Below are positions 53,686 through 64,000 of a stretch of DNA of 64,000 nucleotides, piece by piece. The first letter of the stretch is position 1, and the number at the start of each line of letters is the position of its first letter. The notes under the pieces were generated by a model. That model saw nothing but the letters and a program-made list of their open reading frames with translations. It was not told the DNA's origin and searched no databases. The position numbers were made by a program, and so were the translations under genes. The stretch is from Takakia lepidozioides (taxonomy: Eukaryota > Plantae > Bryophyta), in contig CM060733.1 in NCBI GenBank assembly GCA_030704615.1, positions 10,044,001-10,108,000 on the forward strand, written 5' to 3'.

Positions 53686-56600
53686 ATGAATGTCTCCAGG
53701 ACGTTGTTCGGATGGTCGCCCCCGCACATTCAGCCACTAACGCCAGTATCCGAAGTTTCAGAGCCTCCAGAGTCACCGTCTCCTTACCTCGATGGAGGAC
53801 TAGATGTTGGGGAGCAGGTCAGTATTTCTCCTGTTGAACCAAATCTCTGATAATCTGTGGTGACTGTAAGGTCTTTCTGACTTTACAAGCTACAATGTTC
53901 TCAAACATCTGATACACGGGCATACTGACTTCCATCCTCCTTGCCTATGTCAGCTGCCAACCCCTCAAGCATTATGTCGGTTGTAAGATCGGAGATGAAG
54001 TTGTAAAGCCAGCAGTTCATCATGATCCATAATGATTCTGTCATGGTGGAAATACTGAACCCTGGGCTTGACCCTTTAATATCCAGCGCGATGAGCATGA
54101 GCTTCTACCCCAGGGTTGCCCGTGTTTCTTATCAAAAATCTGGTGTAGAGTGAAAAATAAAGTGTCTGTAGCTAGTCAAAGGCTTCAGTTCATCTGGAAT
54201 GAAGTGGTATTCCTTTTGACAAGTTCATGAAGTGCATCATGGACTTCATCCATGACATTGATTCCCACATCTTGCTCTACTGAATGGAAGCATGTCATAA
54301 ACTGTCATCACTCTGGTATAAACTCTCTATTCTGTAAACATTCTGTAGAATCTCTCAAATGCCAGAAATGTTGCTAAACAAACTTACACCTGGGTTGCTA
54401 TTATAAATTGCAGGTAGAACAAGATGCTACAAGGGAGGAGGTAGAAGAGAGGGATCAGGCCCCTCCCCCAGCAGTCCCTTTTGTCAGGCTTTTCAGATTT
54501 GCAGATCCTCTTGATTGGGGTATTATGGCTGTGGGGAGTGTGGCAGCGGTTGTTCATGGTGCTGCACTTCCTATCTATTTGTACTACATGGGAAAAATTA
54601 TCAATTTGTTTGGTGTATATCAGGATGACTTGAATTTCAACAGGCAGCATCCATTATCCCCTAATTCTTATCACAGTCTTGCTGGTGAGATATCCAAGGT
54701 ACAACCTCTATCTCCGCGGACATTATAAAGGACCATTTCATTTCCCTGTCTTTCCTCCACTTTTTCAAATGGCCAATCTGGAATAAGTGGTGATAAACCC
54801 ACAATTACTTTGAAATTTGTGGTGCCCCCGGGGACCTGTGTGCCTTCTCTGTTCTGACTTGGCTTTCAGACTAATGAACCTCCCTTGAGGTGAGCTTCTT
54901 CGAGTGATATCTCGGTAGTGTCATGCCTGGGATTCCTACGTTGTTATGTTTCTTATGTATTGTGAGGTGGGTGAGGCGGTCCGACACTGAACCTCTAAAG
55001 ATCCTATTCCGGGCATTTCACTCTGACATTTCTCTACATGGTGGTGAATGCAGCATGCACTCAATATTGTATATATTGCTGTGGCCGTGTTTGTAGCTGC
55101 TTGGATTGGTCAGTTCCTCTAACACTACTACTTCTGAGTGTGGATGATGCATAATGAGGGAGAGGGGTAGACAAGTTGGAAGTTTGTGGAGGAGATGGTC
55201 CATAATGTCAACAAAGCATCGCTAGTCTTATTATGGGGACATTGGAGAGAATGGTTTTGGCAGACAGTCAGAAGAATTGAGGATTTGAAACTTGAAGGGT
55301 TGCTAGCCTCCAGACCACGTAGAGGATTTTGAGCTGATATGACCGTCAAACTGGCAGAGGTGGCCTGCTGGCTCTATACGGGGGAGAGACAAACGGCAGT
55401 TATACGCATGAGAGGTGTACAAATGCTATTGAAGCAGGATTTAGGATACTTTGACAACATTGCTGGAAATGGAGTATTTGTGAGCCAAATATCCAATGAT
55501 CTTCTCTCTGTTCATAACACCCTTAGTGAAAAGGTAAGAATTTCATGATGCGTCTCCCTTTACTTCATCATATTTCACTTCTTTCCCTGCAATGCTCTGT
55601 GGACTTGGGCACCATAACAAGTCAGGCTTGTAACCGTCTCAACAAATGTAGGTGTTGGCCTGCCAGGGTGCATTTCCCATGTCCGAGAATGAATCTTAGC
55701 AAATTGGGGAAAAGGTGTGTATGGGCTGGGATTGTCATGCACCTTATATTTTTCCTTCAAATGTTTGATTATTGTCATGGGTGGCTTACTGAAGTGACTA
55801 CTTCAGCTCTGGTGATCTGCAATTAGCATTGAAGCATTGTATGATTGGCTTTTCTCACCCCTATGTGAGAACGCGAAACCATGTGTTCTTCCCTATCTGT
55901 CTCCTCTCTGTTTCCCCTATCTTCTGCCTGTTCAAACGGGGCGGTCTAATGAGTACATTTTCTGGCTGTTTTCTGTTTTACACACATGCCTTTTTTATTC
56001 TTCTTCTCTTTCCTCTCCAGCACCTGTCTGCTTTTGTGCTTCCCCCTTTTCTTTGTCAAGTAGATTGGGCACCTAACTGGTCCATGACAAATTAGCGGAA
56101 TGAAGCTTTTCATTTAAACTGGGAGGGGAGAACGGGCACAGGTGGGCAATTACATCCACAACATGGCAACGTGTATAGGAGGTGTTGCAGTGGGCTTTAT
56201 CAGCTGCTGGTCGATATCTCTGGTAACGCTGGGCACAGGACCCCTTATTGTTGCTGCAGGCATAGTCTCCAATTTCTTCCTCACCCGCCTAGCTGAACAC
56301 GTCCAAGACACCTACTCAGAAGCGGCTGCCATTGCTGAGCAGGTTGATGACTCCCCTGATTTGTGTCCATGGTTAAACTTTCACCATGATCATGCCATTT
56401 GATCTAGTCAGTATTGGCAGCCTGTGTGATTCTGCTGCTTGAGTTCCATAGAGAAGAGCTCAACCTGTACACCGTCATGTGCTGTGGCATGTTCAACTGG
56501 TGAAATGACATCTCAATTTTCCATGCGCTCTAGGTGTTCTTAAAGAGACCTAAATTAAAAACTGTGAAATATAGTATCTGGCTGTTAACTCATCATGCTG

Positions 56601-59600
56601 CAGGCACTGTTAGTGCTCTTAGCCATAGGCAGTACAAAGTTGGTATTGTCCCTGCAGAGGGTGTTGTTTCAGCTCTTACCGCTGCAGTGTTGTGAACCCC
56701 AGGGTTAATTTACTTACTGGAATTAGCCAGGACACTCAGTCTGTTAATGTATTTTATGTGCAGGCACTTATGTATGTGCGTACAGTATATGCTTTCGCCA
56801 ATGAGACAATTGTGAAATATGCATATGCAAATGCACTTCAATCCACCCTGCGATATGGGGTACAAATCAGCCTGGTGCAAGGGCTTGGACTTGGGTTTAT
56901 CTATGGGATTGCTATATGCTCATGTGCACTGCAGTTGTGGGTGGGGCGGATTCTCATCACCCACTACAACGCAGTTGGTGGCCGGATATTTGTGGCTCTC
57001 TTTGCCATCATTCTCAGTGGCTTGTAAGTACACTATTGTATTCATACCACATTCTCCTTCCCTTTCTCTCAGTCTGATCAGGTGAACACGTCCAAGAGAC
57101 CCAGTCTGAAAGAAAGACAGGAGAGTTATGTTCTATTGCAGATCATGAGTCAAAATTGCTTGTTGGTCTGTCTTAACACAGTGAAGGTCATAACTCGCTC
57201 CACATTTGTCTGGCTATCCAATGTTACAGAGGTTTAAATCAAGCAGCGACCAACTTTCCAGCTTTTGAGCAGGCACGGATAGCAGCACATAGATTATTTG
57301 AAGTGACGAGTTACAACCCTCCATCAAACAACATGGAAGCTGAAGGGAAAAAAATTCTTGCGGAAGTGCAAGGCAATATTGAGCTTCGTAACGTATACTT
57401 CAGCTATCCGTCTCGTCCTGATGTACCTGTATTGAGTGGATTGTATCTTACTCTCCCTGCAAGAAAGACCCTTGCGCTTGCAGGCAGCAATGGTTCGGGG
57501 AAAAGCAGTGTCATCTCTTTAATCGAGCGCTTCTATGATCCAACACTAGGTGGGATGTTGTTCCTTGGTTGCATGTCCCTCATTTCCTCCTGTTTCGCCA
57601 CACACACCGCCACATGCCATTTATATATTCAAATTGGCTACGGCAAACAACGTCTTATGAGTACATATGTACCCAAATTTTTAGTGAGATCATTCCCTTG
57701 ATTTCTCCCCAATTAGTGATCTTACCTATCTGGTGCATTTCATGAGTGCCTCGATGAGTGCAAAAGATTCTTCTCTCTTCCAAGGACCATTTCATATCAT
57801 CTCATTTCCAACTCACTGATTTGGCCTTCTTTCTGGGTTGCAGGTGAAGTTCTTTTGGATGGAGAGAACATTAGAAACCTTCAGGTAGAGTGGCTACGGA
57901 GCCAGATAGGTTTGGTGAGCCAAGAGCCAGCATTGTTTAGTGGAACTATTGCAGAGAACATCCTCTATGGCCGGGATGCAAGCAGGGATGAGGTTGAGGA
58001 GGCAGCTAAGATTGCACATGCCCACACATTTATCAGCTCCCTTCCAAACGGTTATGAATCGAAGGTATTGAACTGGAACCTTAAGCTCTGTGTTTGGTTT
58101 AACAGCATGGAGGCAGGGAGAGAGAATAGTGCTGTAGTGTGGGTGGGAGATTGACTGAAGTGAGGTAGAAAGATAGACTTTGAAATTGGGATGTTTACAG
58201 AGGAGTTTGGAAAACAAAGGAGTTGTTTACAAGATGTCCTCCGTTCGTTGTAAGGACCATGATGTTGACTTCTCAAGTGAAATTCAGCAAGTTGAACTAT
58301 CAACGTTAGCTGAACCAATAGAATGCAAGATCTGCAGCATGTGCTATTTTCCCAGAATATAGTCTGTCAAGGAAATATTCCATGCATCCTCAAAATTCAA
58401 TCTCCTGTAATGTCCTGCCCTGGTCTTTCTGGAAACTGCAGGTGGCAGATGACAGATTGATCTTGTCAGAAGAAAAGAAATTGAAGATAGCTATTGCAAG
58501 AGCTGTTCTGAAGAATCCTCGCATTCTCTTGCTTGATGGAGCCACTGGTACTCTGGATATGGAGGCTGAACGGAATGTACAAGAAGCTCTTGATATCTTG
58601 ATGTTGTCATGTCTGGTATCCACCATCATCATAGCACACCGTCTGACAAGTATCCGTAGTGCTGACGTGATTGCAGTCCTGGAGGAAGGACAACTAGTAG
58701 AAATGGGAACTCATGATGAGTTGGTGAAAGTGGATGGGGCCTATGCTGATCTGATTCGGCTGCAAGAAACTGCAAAGCCACCAAGAAGGTGATATTTCTT
58801 TTGCTCTGTTACTAGATCTATGGGGTGCCCACAACTGGTTCTTGGAGTAGATGGGAGCTATCCCCCTCCAGACGTATCAGTAGTTAGACTTTGATTAGTG
58901 TACATCCTACAACAGTCAACTGGTGGCCAATGGGGTCAGAATCTGAGAAGCTAATGGGAGATGGTTTACAATATTCATTTCACTCAATTTCCAATCACTC
59001 CACTCACTCAATACCCAATTTTCAAACATTCTGTTCTTTGGAAAGGTCTTTGAAGAAGTGGTGGTTGTCTTTGTGTGTGCAGGCCCCCTCCCAGAATGTT
59101 CATAGCTCCTCCACCACAAGACAGTGTGTCCCCAAACTACAGCAAGCCACCCTCACCACGAATGGCCCAGTCACCCTCTCTAAAGAGACAAAATGGTGTT
59201 CGTGGATTACCTGACTTTGGCCTCCTCAGTGATTCACCTCCTCTTTTGGCCAGCCCCCCTACTGATCAAAAACCTGTGGAAAATGGCTCTGGACTGGAAA
59301 TGCAAGGGATGAAATCTGAGCCACTTATGAAGCATCGAGACAGTTTTGAGAACACGTATCTTGACTCATTACCCCGCATTGATGTACACCACCATCGGCA
59401 GCAATCAAATTCAAACACATCTGAGCCAGAGTCACCTGTCTCTCCCCTCTTGACTTCAGACCCAATGCACGAGCGTTCCCACTCTAAGTCCTTCAGTAGA
59501 TCCATTTCCCAAATCGTTGAAACCCCGTATCTGCTTGATGAGACAGAAATTACCAGAATTCCATCCTTGTGGAGACTAGCTAAGCTTAGTTCACCTGAGT

Positions 59601-62600
59601 TGTTATGTGCTTTACTGGGCAGCTTTGGGGCTGCCCTCTTCGGGTCCTTCAACCCTCTCTTTGCACTCTTGTTAGTACAGATTGCTGAGACCTACTATTA
59701 TTCAAGCGAGAGGGACATGCGACATGGGGTTGCTCGGTGGTGCCTCTTAGTTACAGGAATGGGGTTTGCTACCATTGTCCTCAATTTGTTGCAGCACTTC
59801 TACTTTGGAATCATGGGTGAGAAGATGACTGAGCGGGTGCGTCGGCTCATGTTTTCAGGTTATTTGCTATCTGCTAACTGATTCCATCAGTGTCTCTTCA
59901 GTTTATATTCACAGGCTGTTTCCTACTTTTGTTCAAAAGTCTCTCTATTCCTCCCATCCAATTATTCTGGCTAACTGGGTGATGATAGAAGACCTGCCAG
60001 TTACATTTGTGGAATAGGTCAGATGACCATGCAGGGATTCACGGTCAGGGTAGTTGTCTTCAAGTGATGTTAATTTATTATGCTAGTGTAATATGTCTTT
60101 CTACTTAGTGTCCGATAGTAAAGCACAGAGTTCCTGTTGCTGGAGGTTACGTGCCAATCAACTAGCTTTCGTATTTCCCTGTACTAAAGGCTACAAGGCT
60201 TGGCAAGCAAAATCTACTTAGTACATCATCTCTCCTTCCATGCTTCTCCTTCCTGACCCTCTTAAACCTTGTGGATTGTTGTCTGACCATATTTTTGCCT
60301 TCCCAGCAATGCTGCGGAATGAGATTGGGTGGTTTGACAAGGAAGAGAACAGTCCTGAGGTGCTGTCTATACGCCTGGCAAATGATGCCACCTATGTGCG
60401 GGCTACATTCAGCAATCGGATGTCAGTCTTCATCCAGGATCTAGCAGCAATATTAACAACATTAGCCATAGTTCTTGCGATGGATTGGCGCCTTGGACTA
60501 GTCACTCTGGCTGTAGTTCCTTTACTTGTATTTGCAGCTGTCACCCAGGTATGCACATTGACTGGAATTTGTGACATTAATGCAATTCCTTTTCTTACTC
60601 CAAATGTGGCTTTTGGTTTGTCCAGGTCTCTTGAAGTGATTGAACTGGCTTGTCTGTGAGGAGTAGGAGAGGTTGAAAGAAACTAAGGAATTATGTTAGC
60701 AGGAGGTGTAAGGGGCCAGGAAGGACACAAGTAGAACAACCCTGTAGAACCACAAGAACTAGAGAAGCTCTCACCAAGGTGCCTCACGAAGGTAAAAGCT
60801 GCTTAGCACTTCGGGGAGGGGTGAGGCTAGGGTCTTTGTGTTCCATGGAAGGAGGAAGGAGGACCTTGGATACCATAGGAAATACAACTTACAGAATTTA
60901 CATTCATAACTATGACGACATCAGCAGTCAAGTAACACTCGGACATTGTCTTTGCAGCAAGTGTGGAACACAGGGTTCGCTGGAGATGTAAGGGAGGCCC
61001 ACAAAAATGCAAGACGGGTTTTTGAAGAAGCAGTAGCTAATATGCACACTGTTATGTCATTCTCGGGAGGGGAAAAGGTGCTCGACCTTTATCACCAGGA
61101 GCTGAAAAAGCCCCTAAGGCGAAGCTTCAGAAGGGGTCATATCTGTGGGTGTATGTTTGGTGCATCCCAATTTCTGCTCTTCGCTTCCAGTGCTCTACTG
61201 CTCTGGTATGGCTCAGTGACACTAAATAATAGGCAACATGCAAGCTTCCCCAACTTCCTGAAGGCTTTTTTAGTGTTCACATTCACAGCATTCTCTCTAG
61301 TTGAAGCCTTTGGGCTAGGGCCTTCGATTGTGAAGCGGCGGACGTCAGTAGCATCAGTGTTTAATATCATTGACCGGCAGTCAAATATAGAGACTGATGA
61401 CACGGGCTTGAAACCTCCCAATATTGTGGGCCAAATCGAGTTTCGAAAGGTCGACTTCAGGTATGGACATTGCACCATTATAGCATAAGCAGTCAACTTT
61501 TAAGAGATACGGATAACCAGAGAGTGGGGAGTTTGGTCATCATCTTGGATTTCCTCTTGCTTTGCATGGTAATGCCATGAATTGGATTTGGCAGCTAATT
61601 TTTCGGCTTTTGAACAAATCCTTCTGTTTGCCAAGGGCCATCATAAAAGATGACACATGTAGACCACATACTGGATGAGTGGAACACGCAGAAACCCATC
61701 TGTCAGAGCCAGTTGATGGCAAAGGCAAGTCCATAAAAATCTAATAACTCTAATTTGCATGTGTTCACAGAACATCACTACAGAACCTCATTCGTTAGTA
61801 AATGAGGCACAATAGTCTTTACATGTTGTTTTGCAGTAAAATTTATCAGCTTACTGCATTCAAGATGTGGACCTGCTGAGTGCATGAGCTGATTAAAGGC
61901 CTGGTCGTCAATGACTGACAAGATAGTTTCTTGTCCACAAAATTTCAAAACCATGAACTCCACCGTGTGATTGTCTTTTCTGTGCAGGTATCCAACACAG
62001 ATTGATGTTCCCATTCTGACAAATTTTAGCATGAAAGTAGAAGCTGGGCAAACTGTAGCAATTGTGGGGACGGCAGGTTCTGGCAAAAGCACAGTTCTTG
62101 CGCTCCTTGAACGATTCTACGAGCCCCTGAGTGGGCGAATATTGATCGATGGAAATGACCTGAAGACACTTAATCTTCGTTGTCTTCGAAGCTATATTGG
62201 TCTCGTCCAACAAGATCCTGTCTTGTTTTCTTCATCAATCCGGGATAACATTATCTATGGAAGACACAATGCAACAGAGGCTGAAATTACTGAAGCATCA
62301 AGAATTGCTAATGCACACCATTTTATTTGTAGTCTGCCGTATGGTTATGACACACATATCGGAATGCGTGGTTTGCAACTTAGTGCAGGCCAGCGACTTA
62401 GAATTGCAATTGCTCGGGCTGTTTTGAAGAACGCGCCAATTCTTCTCCTTGATGAGCCCACAAGTGCATTGGAGCCAGAGTCCTCAAGGGTTGTTCAAGA
62501 AGCTCTTGAGCAGGTGATTATGGGGAACAGAACTACTGTTGTAATTGCACATCGGCTATCGCTGCTAAGGCGCGTTGACATCGTCGCAATGTTGCATGAT

Positions 62601-62717
62601 GGGCAGATTCTGGAGGAAGGCAGCCATGATGAGTTGATGAACAAGTGTGGGCTTTATGCTCGGCTAATGCAGCCTCAGTTCAGCAGATCTGCAGTAAGGC
62701 AACTTCGACAAACTTAA
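53686..62717 (+). CDS. Full-size ABC transporter subfamily B (MDR/PGP), ABCB6/ABCB20 clade; ~13 exons
   Basis: N-terminus [36 protein letters not shown] is typical of ABCB6/20. Linker [22 protein letters not shown]. Two TMD-NBD halves with Walker A GSNGSGKS and GTAGSGKST. Confidence 0.95.
57636..57665 (+). repeat. 30-bp copy of the LINE-like 3' end (GGCTACGGCAAACAACGTCTTATGAGTACA) in an ABCB intron
   Basis: Identical to 31132-31161; related degenerate copies at ~31191-31219 and ~34558-34584. Confidence 0.75.
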
Positions 62718-64000
62718 AAAGGTCAGGTGGTACTGTGTAGAATTATTCACACGCGCATTCCAGTCTTATTCATGAACAATAATGCTTTTGGAAATTGTAT
62801 GAAAGTTTAATTGAGCTGCTAGGGTGACTGGTCCAGGCCCAGCCTGCTTATTTACTTTCAAGCATGGGTGCATGTCTGAGCTGCAAGATCACTTCTGGGG
62901 CTTACTGGACCTCACCATCATTGGAACAAAGGTCTGGAACCTGTGAGGGAACACAGATGTCCATTCCATTAGAGTAGTTACTGGTGTGAATGAAGGCCTA
63001 CAAAAGACTTCCTTTCCATCTCACCAGTGTGTACAGTTTCAGTAATGTTGACTGAACATCCCTGTGGATGCAATGAAGGATTGGAAGCTCTCTTTGTGCT
63101 AATCCAATTAGTCTGACAAGAATATGTTCCTGGGACTCGTTTTTGACAGTACGTCCTGCGAATGAGCTCACCCTACAATATTGCAGGTGGCAGACTTCGA
63201 ACTTATTTTTGTGGGGGGGCGGGGGGAGGGAACACACTTTAATTACCAAGAGGAGGCCAAAGGAGCCTTCAACCTTTTTTAGTGGCAGTTTCTGAGTTTG
63301 CCCTCTCATATCTGGCTTGCTCAATTGAATATTTGATCTGTTGCATGGGAGTCTGTATTTTATCAACATGAAAAGACTACGAAGGTCCTGGCATTAATCG
63401 CAAGGTATCTTGTAGGGGCACCATTACATATGGGAAGCTCCTGTGTCAACAGGTTACCTTCTGCTCTGTATTGTGAACTGCGCCTGCACACTTGTCGAGT
63501 CAGCTACCCTTATTCGAGAATTACACACAAGCCTAATGAATTGAATCTTCCCCTTTGGAATCTCCACAGATCTCTCTCCACCAGTAGAGCTGGAGGAGTA
63601 TACATGGGCAAGGCTGTTGCATCTGCTGTATGGTCAACTGTATCAAATGATGTGGAGCTGTTGCTATTAAGTCACATGTGAAAGCACCCAGCCTCTGGGA
63701 TGGAGCAGCCAGAAGTTCCAAGATAAGCAGCACCCTACAAACAGGTTGGATGCATGTAGCTTTTCTAGCGACACCACTAACATTTGTGGAAGGATAAATC
63801 TACTTTGCTTCATGAGCAACATCCACCACTCTCCTTGCTGCAAATCAATATAAATCACCGGACTAGGTAACTGTTTTGCAAATTTGCTGAAGCTTCCACC
63901 CCACACTTGGTTAAAACAATATTTCTATTGGACAGTTCCCATTTGGGGTTGATCAATCTTTAAATGGCCGAAACAAGCTGGTGCTTTGATGTCATGGAAA

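Noticed and set aside
62998-63906. Short ORFs downstream of the ABCB gene
   Set aside because: No homology or motif support; probably UTR or intron of a neighbouring gene.

Overview
Eukaryotic land-plant genomic DNA with GT-AG introns. The gene-dense, small-intron organisation suggests a non-seed plant such as a hornwort or other bryophyte; this is inference only. The first ~23 kb is an accessory, TE-rich zone. It contains: (1) a decayed multi-exon gene (1.7-6.9 kb) combining a ParB-like domain, a possible degenerate DNA-methyltransferase fold and FCP1-like phosphatase domains, with five copies of a 26-bp hairpin in and upstream of it and a divergent ORF running off the left edge; (2) eIF4G pseudogene fragments flanking an XH-domain (IDN2/FDM-like) gene; (3) a chimeric low-complexity gene with degenerate SANT and AP2-like domains; (4) a head-to-tail train of Tourist/PIF-Harbinger-like MITEs sharing TTA junctions; (5) a hAT-like non-autonomous element and a tRNA-derived SINE. 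The rest is conserved gene space. A TraB-like gene and MPP10 are divergent from a promoter holding a ~100-bp palindrome. These are followed by an RCC1/RUG3-like gene and an inverted pair of GSNOR/ADH-derived dehydrogenases, one of which lacks the NAD-specifying Asp. The window ends with an ABCB6/20-type full ABC transporter whose first Walker B lacks the catalytic Glu. All exon models were read by hand and are unverified.
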